Shown here: positions 13,656 through 24,310 of the stretch, piece by piece
Position numbering within the stretch: the stretch's first letter is position 1
Layout of the letters: every line of letters begins with the position of its first letter
Source: Candidatus Dadabacteria bacterium UBA1144
Lineage (GTDB): Bacteria > Desulfobacterota_D > UBA1144
DNA: 64,000 bases
NCBI GenBank assembly: GCA_002311855.1
Contig: DCAB01000012.1
Span: 388,112 to 452,111 of the forward strand
Direction of reading: 5' to 3'
Translations under genes and position numbers: made by a program
Notes under the pieces: model-generated
Seen by the model: only the letters and a program-made list of their open reading frames with translations
Told to the model about the DNA's origin: nothing
The model's database searches: none

Positions 13656-14700
13656 AAATCTATCAAATCAAATAAAAACTATTATTTTATCTTCCGGTTT
13701 TGATATCGTCGGTATATCTAAAGCACATAAGCTTAAAGATTACAAACACTTAAAACAATGGGTAGATAATAAATATCAAGCCGATATGAAATATATGGAA
13801 CATATTTCTAAGAGATCGGATGTTAGAGAGATTGATAATTCTTTTAAGTCTGTAATTAGTTGTGCTATCAACTATAATTCAATAAATAACGAACTTTCCT
13901 CATATAGGGCTTACAGAAAGAAAAAGGGATGGATATCCAGATATGCAATTGGTGATGATTATCATAAAATAATAGAAAAAAAGTTAAAAATAGCTTCATT
14001 GAAGATAAAAGGCGTTTTTCACTCTGAGCCAAAAATCAAATATTATGTTGATACAGGACCTGTACTTGAAAGAGCATATGCAGGAATCTCAGGTACCGGA
14101 TGGATTGGAAAAAATTCATGTTTAATTAATAAAGAAATCGGATCATGGATATTTTTATCCGAGATATTAATGGATCAAGTTCTTAAATACGATGAAGATG
14201 TAAAAGATATGTGCGGGACTTGTACTAGATGTATTGATGCTTGTCCGACCGATGCAATAATTTTCGATAAAGTTGTTGATTCAAATAAATGTATTTCTTA
14301 TCTGAATATAGAAAATAAAAAATATATCAAAAATGATATAGCGAAAAAGTTTTTGAATAATATTTACGGCTGTGATATATACCAAGAGGTATGTCCATGG
14401 AATAAAAGAGCCAAATTAACAGACTTAAAAGTCTTTAATCCGAAACAGGAATTTACAATACCTGATCTAATTGAACTATTACGCAATGTCGAAAATAATT
14501 GGAATAAGCTAAAAATAAAAAGCCCGATTAAAAGGGTCAAGAAAGATGGATTAATAAGAAATATATTAATCGTGATGGGTAATATCGGGGACATTAAATA
14601 TATCCCCATTTTAGAAGAATATATAATTAATAAAAATCTAATTTCTGCTAAAACCGCAGAAGATTCAATTCAAAGAATTAAGGATTCACTCGATTCTTGA
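13642..14700 (+). CDS. queG: Epoxyqueuosine reductase QueG
   Basis: 352 aa. Two 4Fe-4S ferredoxin motifs (CGTCTRCIDACP ... GCDIYQEVCPWN) plus a C-terminal HEAT-like segment. Confidence 0.85.
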   Translation: MSKIENLSNQIKTIILSSGFDIVGISKAHKLKDYKHLKQWVDNKYQADMKYMEHISKRSDVREIDNSFKSVISCAINYNSINNELSSYRAYRKKKGWISRYAIGDDYHKIIEKKLKIASLKIKGVFHSEPKIKYYVDTGPVLERAYAGISGTGWIGKNSCLINKEIGSWIFLSEILMDQVLKYDEDVKDMCGTCTRCIDACPTDAIIFDKVVDSNKCISYLNIENKKYIKNDIAKKFLNNIYGCDIYQEVCPWNKRAKLTDLKVFNPKQEFTIPDLIELLRNVENNWNKLKIKSPIKRVKKDGLIRNILIVMGNIGDIKYIPILEEYIINKNLISAKTAEDSIQRIKDSLDS

Positions 14701-14745
14701 CACAATCTTCTAATCTGTTTAGCTTATCATGGAGGAGGTTTTTTT

Positions 14746-15264
14746 ATGAGTAACGAAAGAGATGGAGCTGTAAGATTAAAGGGAAATCCGATTACATTAA
14801 TTGGGCCTGAATTAAAAGTAGGAGATAAAGCACCTGACTTTACCTGCGATCAAGGTTTGATGCCAAGCGTTTCTTTGTCTGATATGGGTGATGCGATAAA
14901 GGTTTTTAGTGTGGTACTTTCTGTTGATACTCCTGTTTGTTCTTCTCAAATAAGAAAGTTTAACGAAGCAGTAGCCAGTATTAATGGTAATCTAGAGATT
15001 TATACTATCAGTGCCGATTTACCTTTCGCACAAAAAAGATTCTGTGGCTCGGAAGGTATAGAACGAATAAAGAATATTTCTGATTACAAAAATAATACAT
15101 TTGGATCTACTTACGGCGTTCTTATGAAAGACCATCAATTATTAGCAAGAGCAGTTTTTGTTATAGACGGAAATAATACTGTCAAACATGTTGAGTATGT
15201 TAATGAAATCTCAACTGAACCTAATTATGATTCAGCTTTAGAAGCCATAAAAAGCTTAGTCTGA
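14746..15264 (+). CDS. tpx: Thiol peroxidase (atypical 2-Cys peroxiredoxin Tpx)
   Basis: 172 aa, Tpx-like core (LSVDTPVCSSQ). Preceded by a GGAGGAGG SD. Confidence 0.85.
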   Translation: MSNERDGAVRLKGNPITLIGPELKVGDKAPDFTCDQGLMPSVSLSDMGDAIKVFSVVLSVDTPVCSSQIRKFNEAVASINGNLEIYTISADLPFAQKRFCGSEGIERIKNISDYKNNTFGSTYGVLMKDHQLLARAVFVIDGNNTVKHVEYVNEISTEPNYDSALEAIKSLV

Positions 15265-15572
15265 TGAGTGAAAATGTAACTAAAGAAAAAGTTCTAGAAG
15301 TGTTATCTCAAGTATATGATCCAGAGATACCTATCGATATAGTTAATTTAGGTTTGGTATACGATGTTCAAATCAATGACAATACCGTTAACCTTAAAAT
15401 GACTATGACATCACCTGGCTGTCCTTCCGCACGGGAAATAATATTAGAATCCCAAACTTTAGTCAGTGAAATCGAAGGAGTTAAAGAAGCCAATGTTGAA
15501 ATAGTATGGGATCCCCCATGGTCTCCAGAAAAGATGAGTGAGGAAGCTAGAACAAGTATGGGAATTGATTAA
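15264..15572 (+). CDS. DUF59/MIP18-family Fe-S cluster assembly protein (SufT-like)
   Basis: 102 aa. Conserved YDPEIPIDIVNLGLVY ... TSPGCP motif of the DUF59 family. Start overlaps the tpx stop. Confidence 0.7.
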   Translation: MSENVTKEKVLEVLSQVYDPEIPIDIVNLGLVYDVQINDNTVNLKMTMTSPGCPSAREIILESQTLVSEIEGVKEANVEIVWDPPWSPEKMSEEARTSMGID

Positions 15573-16021
15573 TGCCAAACGATGATTTGATGATTGGCAA
15601 AAAGTCCCCAAACTTTGATTTTGTCTTTGAGGATGGAAAAAGAATTTCTCTAAAAGATTTCCTTGGACAAAAAGTATTGCTTTATTTTTATCCCAGAGAT
15701 AATACACCAGGCTGCACAATTCAAGCGTGTTCTTTAAGAGATTCACAAAAAGATTTTCAAAAACTTAAAATTAAAGTAATTGGTATTAGTAAAGATTCTG
15801 AGAAATCCCATAAAAATTTTTCATCTAAATATAGTTTGAATTTCACTCTAATCCCCGATACTGAAAAAAAAATAATTTCCAAATACGGAGTTATGAATGA
15901 TAAAGGTTCGGCAAGAAGAGTATCATTTCTAATTGATGAAAAAGGAAAAATAATTAATATATGGAAAAAAGTTAATACCAAGGAACACGCGAAAGAAGTA
16001 CTAGATTTTATTAATTCATAA
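15572..16021 (+). CDS. bcp: Peroxiredoxin Bcp
   Basis: 149 aa. PGCTIQAC peroxidatic/resolving Cys motif. Start overlaps the upstream stop. Confidence 0.85.
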   Translation: MPNDDLMIGKKSPNFDFVFEDGKRISLKDFLGQKVLLYFYPRDNTPGCTIQACSLRDSQKDFQKLKIKVIGISKDSEKSHKNFSSKYSLNFTLIPDTEKKIISKYGVMNDKGSARRVSFLIDEKGKIINIWKKVNTKEHAKEVLDFINS

Positions 16022-16022
16022 A

Positions 16023-16766
16023 ATGATTCTATTCGTTACAGCAAATGACACAAATATGGGTAAAACTTTCGTTACTGCCCTTCTAATTGATTGTTTGATT
16101 CAGAAATATGATAAAATTGCAGTCGTAAAACCTATCGAGTCTGGACTACGTTCTATAAATAAGTCAGATTTAATGTTCATTAGAAACATAAACAAAAAAA
16201 ATTTAAATAAAATTGATTTTTTTAATTTTTATAGTTTTGAAGAACCCCTAGCACCATTAACAGCAGCAATTTTAACAAAAACAAATATAAAAAAAAACAA
16301 AATAATCGACAATATTTATAAACTAAGTAATTTCTACGATATTGTTGTTGTTGAGGGCGTAGGCGGACTTAGGGTCCCTATAGGAAAAAATTTTGAAGTA
16401 ATAGATTTAATCAAAGAACTTAAAGCCAAAACTATATTGGTTGTATCACCATCTCTTGGAACTATAAATCATACTTTGCTTTCTGTCGAAGCTTTACGAA
16501 GAAGAAAAATAAGATTGGAAGGAATCGTTATTAATAATTATCCAAAGAAGCCAAATATTTCAGAATTGTACAATCCTATTATTTTCAAGGAGAACAAAAT
16601 AAAAATATTAGGTGTTATACCAACATTGACTATCTCAGATTCAAACAAATTAAGGTATTCATCAAAAAAGTTCTTTGCACCTTCTTTAAATGGAGAATTC
16701 GAATCTAAAAAATTTCTCTTAAGTTGTAGATACCAATTTGATAAGATTTCCGTTAAATTCGGCTGA
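16023..16766 (+). CDS. bioD: Dethiobiotin synthetase
   Basis: 247 aa. N-terminal P-loop-like TANDTNMGKT. Contains N/K-rich low-complexity insertions. Confidence 0.75.
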   Translation: MILFVTANDTNMGKTFVTALLIDCLIQKYDKIAVVKPIESGLRSINKSDLMFIRNINKKNLNKIDFFNFYSFEEPLAPLTAAILTKTNIKKNKIIDNIYKLSNFYDIVVVEGVGGLRVPIGKNFEVIDLIKELKAKTILVVSPSLGTINHTLLSVEALRRRKIRLEGIVINNYPKKPNISELYNPIIFKENKIKILGVIPTLTISDSNKLRYSSKKFFAPSLNGEFESKKFLLSCRYQFDKISVKFG

Positions 16767-16838
16767 TTGACACCAAAATTCACTATGATATTATTTTACG
16801 AGTCCACAGATACTCTGCTATAAATAAAGGATATTAGG

Positions 16839-17627
16839 TTGTCAAAGAAACTCACTGTGCTAACTATTGCTGCGTTCTTAATTACAATTCTTATTTTCTA
16901 TTTCGCCTTTATAAAAGATCACGAACCTCATCAGCCCATTGCTTTTAGCCATAAAATCCATGCAGGAGTTAATAATATACCTTGTACTTATTGTCATTCT
17001 TATGTCTCGAAATCTTCCCAGGCTGGCATACCTTCCGTTATGGAGTGTATGGGTTGTCATAAATATGTGAAAGCAGAATATGATCCAAAAGATTCACAGA
17101 GAATATATAAATTTAAAGGTAAATTAATTAATCCAACGGATTATCTCTATGATGGTCGCAAGCGAATTAATTTTGAGAATGAAATAAAAAAATTAACAGG
17201 ATATTGGGAAAGAAAAGAACCCATTCCATGGGTCAATTACCACTATATTCCTGAACACGCAAAATTTCCTCATAAGCCTCATATTAGATATGGACTGGAA
17301 TGTAAGACGTGCCATGGTGAAGTTGAGAATGTAGATATACCAAAGCCAGTTGTAAATATTAAGATGGGTTGGTGTATAAGTTGTCACGAGCAAACACTAG
17401 ATAAGAATTTTAAGGAACTGGAAGAGATTCATAAAAGTATTTCTAATTTGAGTGATTTGGATAAAAGGATAATGAGTCATACCGGGAGAATTCCAATCAA
17501 TAAGCTCTATAAAGACAATAATAAAAAACTAGGCCAACAATGGGAATCAAATGAAAATTCAGAAAAACTAATTAATATCGATAAGGAGATAGCTTGGTTG
17601 AAAGACTGTTCTACATGTCATAATTGA
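16839..17627 (+). CDS. actA: Alternative complex III pentaheme cytochrome c subunit ActA
   Basis: 262 aa from a TTG start. N-terminal TM anchor and five CxxCH motifs (CTYCH, CMGCH, CKTCH, CISCH, CSTCH). Confidence 0.8.
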   Translation: MSKKLTVLTIAAFLITILIFYFAFIKDHEPHQPIAFSHKIHAGVNNIPCTYCHSYVSKSSQAGIPSVMECMGCHKYVKAEYDPKDSQRIYKFKGKLINPTDYLYDGRKRINFENEIKKLTGYWERKEPIPWVNYHYIPEHAKFPHKPHIRYGLECKTCHGEVENVDIPKPVVNIKMGWCISCHEQTLDKNFKELEEIHKSISNLSDLDKRIMSHTGRIPINKLYKDNNKKLGQQWESNENSEKLINIDKEIAWLKDCSTCHN

Positions 17628-17649
17628 ACCAAAGTTACGTGATTGGAAT

Positions 17650-20583
17650 ATGAGTTCTAAAGAAAAAAGCAAAAAAGGTTCTTTGAGTAGGAGAAATTTC
17701 TTAAAGGCCTTATCCGCGATAGGTGGCGCTGCCATTATATCTTCGGGATGTTCTCCTGAACCTCTGGATAAATTGGTGTCATATGCAATTCCACCAGATG
17801 ATGTTATTCCAGGGCTCCCAAATTTTTATTCAACCTCACTACCATATTCCCCTGTTGGATCGTCAATTGTAGTTAAAGTTAGAGAAGGTAGGGCTATCAA
17901 AGTTGAAGGAAATCCTCTTGAGCCTATTTCTAAAGGTGCAACATCTGCAGAGACGCAAGCATCACTTCAAGGACTTTATGATCCAGATAGAATAAAGCAA
18001 CCATTGTTCAGAAACAACAGGAATAAGCTCACACCTATTACTTGGACCTCCGCTCTGGATATACTTACGAAGAAATTAAATGAGAAAAAGGCAAATACAT
18101 ATTTCGTAACTGACAATACTACTGGAACTCTAGATAAACTTATCAGTTCTTTTTCCAAAAAAATAAATGCTAAAAGGATTAAATATGAGACTCTATCTTA
18201 TGAACATATAACTTACGCTAATCAGATTTCTTTTGGAAAAAAATTAATTCCCACTTACAAAATTGATGAAACACAATATTTACTAAGTTTTAGCGCTGAT
18301 TTTCTTGAAACTTGGCTATCGCCACTCGAATATTCAAGAAGATTTACAAAAATGCACTCTCTAGAAGGAAAGAACAAAGGTAAGTTTGTCCAAGTAGAAC
18401 CTAAATTAACTCTTACTGGTTCTAAAGCAGATGAATGGGTTCCAATAGCCCCAAACACTAGTCTTTATTTAGTGCTTGCTATTATCAACTATATTAAAAA
18501 AAACAATTTAAACAAAAATAAAGTTCCTCCAACCTTTAAGAATCTATCTGAATTTGATTTAGTAACTACTAGTAAACTAACAGGAATCTCTAAAGAATCG
18601 ATAAAAAAGATTGCAATTGATTTTGCGAAATCTAAATCAGCTCTTGCTATAGGGGGTGGAATTTCCGATGCTGGGCGAGATGGATATGTAACTATAGTCG
18701 CAATTAATTTACTCAATTATATAACTGGCAATCTTGATAAAGTTGATTTTGATAACTATATGATGCTCTCTAATGCCTCAACGTATGCGGATATGGTTGA
18801 ATTTAAAAATAGAGCTGATTCTGGTCAAGTTGATATTCTTATAGTTCACAATGCAAATCCATTATATGCGCTACCAAATTCTTTAAATATCGAAAAAACT
18901 TTTGAAAAAATTCCTTACAAAATCAGTTTTTCTTCTTGTCTTGATGAAACGACAAAGCTCTGTGACTTAGTCTTACCTGATTCTCATCCATTAGAGCAGT
19001 GGGGTGATTATGAAGGGAAGAAGGGAAACTATTATCTAATACAGCCTGTAATGAAACCCCTTTACGGCAATTTATCTATTGGTGATTCAATAGTTTCTGT
19101 TTTTAATAACGTCGAGCCAGTTGTCAAATCAATACAACAAAATTCATACTATGAATATTTAAAAGATTCATGGAAAAATCTTTCTTCTCAATCTTCTTTT
19201 GAAGATTTCTGGAGGAGGGTTCGTAAAGATGGTGGACTATTTAGTGAAGCCCCAAATCAAACGGACGTTAAACATGATGCCTCTAATCAGTTTATTATTA
19301 AAACTCCTTCGGGCTATCAAAATAAATTAAATTTGTACGTGACTCCATCTTACAAATTTTACGATGGAAGAAGCGCAAACAAATCTTGGTTGCAAGAATT
19401 ACCCGATCTCTTAACTACTGCGGTTTGGGATTCATGGATAGAAATTAATTCAAAATTAGCCGAAAAACTCGATATAAAAGAAGGAGATTATGTTGATGTC
19501 GAATCCAATTTCGGCAAAATTACAACACAGGCCTATTTGTCTAAGGCAATGAGACCTGACACCGTATCTATTTCTCTTGGGCAAGGTCACAAAGAAATGG
19601 GAAGATACGCAAAAAATCGAGGAGTGAACCCATCAAATCTGTTAAATGGCCAAAACATAGGTAAAGCTGGTAATTTGAATTGGGCGTCGACCACGGTAAC
19701 CATCCAAAAAACTGGCAAATGGGAAAAATTGGTTAAAGTTCAACATTCCTATTCACAGGAAAACAGAGATATAGCACAATCTGTTGCCCTCTCAAAATTA
19801 TTGATGGATGATCATCACGAAGAAGAACATCATGATGAATATGATATGTATAGGGAATATGATTATTTTACTCATAAATGGGGAATGAATATCGATTTAG
19901 ATAAATGTACGGGCTGTGGCGCATGTGTAACTGCTTGCTATGCCGAAAACAATATACCGGTTGTTGGGAAAGAGCAAGTTGCAAATGGACGTCATATGGC
20001 TTGGTTAAAAATAGAAAGATTTCAAGAAGAAAAAGATAATGATTATCTGAATTCTACTAGAATCGACACAAGAATTATTCCTCAATTATGTCAACACTGT
20101 GAGAATGCCCCTTGTGAACCAGTCTGTCCTGTGTTTGCCACGTACCACAATCCAGAAGGTCTTAATGTAATGGTTTATAGTAGATGTGTTGGAACCAGAT
20201 ATTGTTCGAATAACTGCTCTTACAAAGTCAGGAGATTTAACTGGTTCAAATATGAGTGGCCAGAACCATTAAACTTGCAACTCAATCCCGATGTCTCTGT
20301 AAGATCAAAAGGAATCATGGAGAAATGCAGTTTTTGTCTTCAACGAATTACCTATGCAAAAGATATCGCAAAAGATGAAAAAAGAAAACTTAGAGATGGT
20401 GAAGTCGTAACAGCGTGTCAGCAGGCATGTCCTTGTAGTGCAATTGAGTTTGGAGATTTAAATGATTCAAAAAGCCAAGTTACAAAATTAAGTAAAGATA
20501 AAAGATCTTATAAATTATTAAAAGAACTTAATACAAGGCCATCGATATCTTATCTCAAAAAGATTGAATGGGATGGAGCATGA
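17650..20583 (+). CDS. actB: Alternative complex III subunit ActB (fused molybdopterin-oxidoreductase-like B1 + Fe-S B2 domains)
   Basis: 977 aa. Tat motif SRRNFLKALSAIGGAAI. C-terminal half has several Cys clusters of 4Fe-4S type (CTGCGACVTACYAEN, CQHCENAPCEPVCP, CVGTRYCSNNCSYK, CSFC...CQQACPC). Confidence 0.85.
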   Translation: MSSKEKSKKGSLSRRNFLKALSAIGGAAIISSGCSPEPLDKLVSYAIPPDDVIPGLPNFYSTSLPYSPVGSSIVVKVREGRAIKVEGNPLEPISKGATSAETQASLQGLYDPDRIKQPLFRNNRNKLTPITWTSALDILTKKLNEKKANTYFVTDNTTGTLDKLISSFSKKINAKRIKYETLSYEHITYANQISFGKKLIPTYKIDETQYLLSFSADFLETWLSPLEYSRRFTKMHSLEGKNKGKFVQVEPKLTLTGSKADEWVPIAPNTSLYLVLAIINYIKKNNLNKNKVPPTFKNLSEFDLVTTSKLTGISKESIKKIAIDFAKSKSALAIGGGISDAGRDGYVTIVAINLLNYITGNLDKVDFDNYMMLSNASTYADMVEFKNRADSGQVDILIVHNANPLYALPNSLNIEKTFEKIPYKISFSSCLDETTKLCDLVLPDSHPLEQWGDYEGKKGNYYLIQPVMKPLYGNLSIGDSIVSVFNNVEPVVKSIQQNSYYEYLKDSWKNLSSQSSFEDFWRRVRKDGGLFSEAPNQTDVKHDASNQFIIKTPSGYQNKLNLYVTPSYKFYDGRSANKSWLQELPDLLTTAVWDSWIEINSKLAEKLDIKEGDYVDVESNFGKITTQAYLSKAMRPDTVSISLGQGHKEMGRYAKNRGVNPSNLLNGQNIGKAGNLNWASTTVTIQKTGKWEKLVKVQHSYSQENRDIAQSVALSKLLMDDHHEEEHHDEYDMYREYDYFTHKWGMNIDLDKCTGCGACVTACYAENNIPVVGKEQVANGRHMAWLKIERFQEEKDNDYLNSTRIDTRIIPQLCQHCENAPCEPVCPVFATYHNPEGLNVMVYSRCVGTRYCSNNCSYKVRRFNWFKYEWPEPLNLQLNPDVSVRSKGIMEKCSFCLQRITYAKDIAKDEKRKLRDGEVVTACQQACPCSAIEFGDLNDSKSQVTKLSKDKRSYKLLKELNTRPSISYLKKIEWDGA

Positions 20584-21926
20584 TGAGTGATGTAGCCAAA
20601 CCACAGCGATATTCGACTGTGAATGAAACGGTGATGAATATGCTTAACAAGCCTTCTTTCGGTTGGTGGTCTATATTCGTCGTAGATCTTCTTTTCTTGG
20701 GATTCGGTATTTTTTGTTTTATGTATCAAATATATACTGGTCTTGGTGTTGCTGGATATAGCCACCCTGTCCTCTGGGGTGTCTACATCACTAATTTTGT
20801 TTTTTGGGTTGGTATTGCTCACTCAGGGACGTTGATTTCAGCGATACTATATTTGTTTAGAGCCAGATTTAGAATGTCTATCTATAGAATTGCAGAGGCA
20901 ATGACAGTTTTTGCAGTTTTTACTGCGGGATTATTTCCCATTATCCACCTAGGGAGACCGTGGAATTTTTACTGGCTTCTTCCTTACCCAAATCAAAGAG
21001 GGTTATGGGTTAATTTTGATTCTCCCCTTGTGTGGGATGTGTTTGCCGTAGGTACCTATCTAACAATAAGCTCGATCTTTTTCTTCATCGGAATGATTCC
21101 TGATATAGCGGCAATTAGAGATTCAGTTGTTGGAAAAACCAAAAAAGCTTTTTATTCGGTCCTTTCGCTAGGCTGGAAAGGTAGCAATTGGGAATGGAGT
21201 CATTATACAAGAACTTATTTTTATTTTGCAGCATTTGCCACTCCTTTAGTTATTTCAGTTCATAGCGTAGTATCATGGGACTTTGCGATGGCAAATACTC
21301 CTGGGTGGCATACTACAATTTTCGCTCCTTATTTTGTTGCAGGAGCAATCTTCTCGGGTCTCGCAATGGTTATAACTTTAGTAATACCTATTAGAAAGAT
21401 TTTTAAATTAGAAGACTACATTACAATCGATAATTTTGATTGCATGGCTAAGATGATAATTTTAACTTCTAGTATTGTTTTTTATGCTTACCTAACCGAA
21501 TTTTTTATTGCTTGGTATAGCGACAATAAATATGAATATGATCAATTTTTATACCGAGCCACTGGTGATTATGCACTATTCTATTGGACCATGATGTTCT
21601 GTAACGGAATCGTGCCCCTTGTTCTCTGGTTTAAAAAAATAAGACAAAACTTAAAAGTACTATTTATTGTCTCTCTTTTAATCAATGTCGGGATGTGGTT
21701 TGAAAGATTTAATATCATTGTTATATCTTTATCGAAAGAATTTGAACCTGGTTCATGGGGTCTATATAAACCATCATGGGTTGAATTAGGAATAACCGTT
21801 GGGAGTTTCGCTTGGTTTTTTATGTTTTTTCTAATTTTTGTCCGAACACTTCCTGCGCTTTCTATTGCTGAAATCAAAGAAACTCTACCTGTTCCAAAGA
21901 AAAATGGAGACTCACACTATGAGTAA
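20568..21926 (+). CDS. actC: Alternative complex III NrfD/PsrC-like membrane subunit ActC
   Basis: 452 aa polytopic membrane protein. An ATGA overlap with the actB stop at 20580-20583 is an alternative start. Confidence 0.8.
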   Translation: MGWSMMSDVAKPQRYSTVNETVMNMLNKPSFGWWSIFVVDLLFLGFGIFCFMYQIYTGLGVAGYSHPVLWGVYITNFVFWVGIAHSGTLISAILYLFRARFRMSIYRIAEAMTVFAVFTAGLFPIIHLGRPWNFYWLLPYPNQRGLWVNFDSPLVWDVFAVGTYLTISSIFFFIGMIPDIAAIRDSVVGKTKKAFYSVLSLGWKGSNWEWSHYTRTYFYFAAFATPLVISVHSVVSWDFAMANTPGWHTTIFAPYFVAGAIFSGLAMVITLVIPIRKIFKLEDYITIDNFDCMAKMIILTSSIVFYAYLTEFFIAWYSDNKYEYDQFLYRATGDYALFYWTMMFCNGIVPLVLWFKKIRQNLKVLFIVSLLINVGMWFERFNIIVISLSKEFEPGSWGLYKPSWVELGITVGSFAWFFMFFLIFVRTLPALSIAEIKETLPVPKKNGDSHYE

Positions 21927-22542
21927 CGATAATCAAAATATCCTGGGGATTTATTCGTATTTTGATCTTTTTATTAATTCGATAAAAGAATTAAGAAAAA
22001 AGGGTTTTGAAAATATAAGAGCCTTCTCTCCTTTTCCGAATCAAGAAATGGAAGATGTCCTAGATACAGGGAGAGAACCAAGTAAAATTAAGTATTTCAC
22101 AATCTGTGGGGCAATACTCGGAGCACTTGTTGGCGCCTCTTTTACGGTTCTTACATCTATAGATTGGCCAATTGTTACAAGTGCAAAACCTATAGTATCA
22201 ATTCCTCCGTACATGATAATAATTTTTGAGTGTACTGTTCTAATAGGGGGACTGTCTACATTTCTTGGCTTAATTATAAATTCCCGACTGAGAAAGAATG
22301 TTCCCCCCGAATTGTACGATGAAAGATTTAGTAACGATAAATTTGGTATCTTGGTAAATTGTCCTTCTTCTGACATTGAACAAGTTGAAAATATTTTAAA
22401 AAATTACGGATCTGAGGAAATCAAAATAGACGGTGCTTCCGTTATTGCAGAAGAACTCGTAGAACCAAAAGAGGAAAAACTGGATGAAGGATCTACCGAA
22501 GAAGAAACAACTCCAGACCAGGAAGAGAAAAATGAAGATTAA
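21904..22542 (+). CDS. actD: Alternative complex III subunit ActD
   Basis: About 212 aa from METHTMS (tracked ORF begins 21838 inside actC). One central TM, acidic C-terminus. Assignment is by position in the act operon; start could also be 21919. Confidence 0.6.
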   Translation: METHTMSNDNQNILGIYSYFDLFINSIKELRKKGFENIRAFSPFPNQEMEDVLDTGREPSKIKYFTICGAILGALVGASFTVLTSIDWPIVTSAKPIVSIPPYMIIIFECTVLIGGLSTFLGLIINSRLRKNVPPELYDERFSNDKFGILVNCPSSDIEQVENILKNYGSEEIKIDGASVIAEELVEPKEEKLDEGSTEEETTPDQEEKNED

Positions 22543-23065
22543 ATCTTATTTGATATTTTGCGTTGTCACCATGTTAAGTTTTATTTTTTATTTTTTTGTG
22601 CTGAGTATTCCATCCTCCGCGTTACCTTGGTCTACTGACATGTGGGAACATCCAAGCATCAAACCTTACGAAGAAGCCAGAGGGTATCCTGAAAATTCTA
22701 TTTTTAACAATAAAAATTCGACGGAGCTTTCGAGAGAAGAATATGAAGCAATTCAGATTGGACCCAGTAATGGTCAAGAATCTATATCAAAAGGAAAAGT
22801 GCTTTATGAAACGTATTGCTACGCATGTCATGGAACAAAGGGCATGGGAGATGGCCCTGTTATTAAGAATAATTTGAGACCAAAGTCATATTTTTATCCT
22901 GTTAACTTAACCCAATCTCAAACACAGAGCAGAACAGATGGATATATTTATGCTTATATACGATATGGAGGAAAAGTGATGATGCCCGCGTATGGAAGAA
23001 TAACTGAGAAAGAAGCTTGGGACATAGTTTACTATGTTCGATACCTTCAAGGAAAGATGAATTAG
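22532..23065 (+). CDS. actE: Alternative complex III monoheme cytochrome c subunit ActE
   Basis: 177 aa from MKIKSYLIF (ATG overlapping the actD stop). Signal/TM plus a single CYACHG heme motif. Confidence 0.75.
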   Translation: MKIKSYLIFCVVTMLSFIFYFFVLSIPSSALPWSTDMWEHPSIKPYEEARGYPENSIFNNKNSTELSREEYEAIQIGPSNGQESISKGKVLYETYCYACHGTKGMGDGPVIKNNLRPKSYFYPVNLTQSQTQSRTDGYIYAYIRYGGKVMMPAYGRITEKEAWDIVYYVRYLQGKMN

Positions 23066-23074
23066 GGAAAGATA

Positions 23075-24310
23075 ATGAGTGTAGATATTGATAAGACATT
23101 AGACAAGAAGATAGTTTTCCCTAGCGTTTTAAAATATTTGTTAATGATAGGAGTTCTACTTGGACTAATAACGTTTTTCTATTTATTGAATTCTGGTCAT
23201 GAAGATATTGCATGGTCTGCTTTTCATCTAAATTTTGTATTTTGGGCCGGCGTAAGCCATGGTGGGGTACTCTTTGCATGCGCTATGCGTATTACCAAGT
23301 CGAGTTGGGGTAGATCCATAATGAGAATAAGTGAATCTTTTGCGTCTTTCATTCCCTTTGTTCTTATTTTTCTATTTATATTATTTTTAGGAAGGGAATA
23401 TACAATGCCATATACTGTTCTGGCATATAAACAAAAATGGCTAAATACTTCTTTTGTTCTTTTCAGAAGTGTGTTTTTTATAGGAATCCTTCATATACTT
23501 ATTTACTATTATATTTATTATTCGCTTAGACAAGATTGCATTGGTACTAATAGATTTAGAGGCTTCTTCTCGTTTTTGTCCTCAGATTCTGAAGCAAATC
23601 AAGACCCCAGCAATTATGATTCGAATCTCGTTAGACTTTCTGTTGCAATTGCCATTATGTATGCGTTGTCAATGAGTTTTCTTTCCTGGGATTTTATTAT
23701 GTCCCTACATCCACATTTTTATAGCACTCTTTTTGGAGTTTACTACTTCATGGCTTCATTATTGGCTGCTCTTGGATTGTTAATAATCCTTTCTTCTATT
23801 CTCACGAACTATTTTAAATTAGGAGACGTTATAACCGAATATCAATTTTATGATTCCGCAAAGTTGATGTTTGGTCTCTCTATTTTTTGGCTTTATCTAT
23901 TTTTTTCTCAATTTCTTCCTATTTGGTATGCAAATATGCCTGAAGAAACTGGCTTCCTAGGCGCCATATTCTTTGAAGATCCTTATAAATCTTTGGCCTG
24001 GGCAACGATTACTTGTGTTTTTGTCATTCCTTTTGTAACACTAATTCCTAGGACAACAAAAATTGTTAAGCCCGCATTAGTTACAATTGCTTCTATTTCT
24101 TTCTTGGGGTTATTTCTTGAAAAAATAGTATTGATATATCCTTCAATAGTCCATCACAATTTTCATTTTGGTATTGAGAGTATATTAATTTCATTGGGAT
24201 TCTTATCTTTGTTTCTGCTTTGTATTATTAGATTTCTCGGGTATTTTCCTATATTTGCTTCGAAAGATCCGTATTTGATTAAAAAATTGACCAAAGGAGA
24301 TGAACATTAA
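23075..24310 (+). CDS. actF: Alternative complex III NrfD-like membrane subunit ActF
   Basis: 411 aa polytopic membrane protein similar in architecture to ActC. Position in operon. Confidence 0.75.
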   Translation: MSVDIDKTLDKKIVFPSVLKYLLMIGVLLGLITFFYLLNSGHEDIAWSAFHLNFVFWAGVSHGGVLFACAMRITKSSWGRSIMRISESFASFIPFVLIFLFILFLGREYTMPYTVLAYKQKWLNTSFVLFRSVFFIGILHILIYYYIYYSLRQDCIGTNRFRGFFSFLSSDSEANQDPSNYDSNLVRLSVAIAIMYALSMSFLSWDFIMSLHPHFYSTLFGVYYFMASLLAALGLLIILSSILTNYFKLGDVITEYQFYDSAKLMFGLSIFWLYLFFSQFLPIWYANMPEETGFLGAIFFEDPYKSLAWATITCVFVIPFVTLIPRTTKIVKPALVTIASISFLGLFLEKIVLIYPSIVHHNFHFGIESILISLGFLSLFLLCIIRFLGYFPIFASKDPYLIKKLTKGDEH

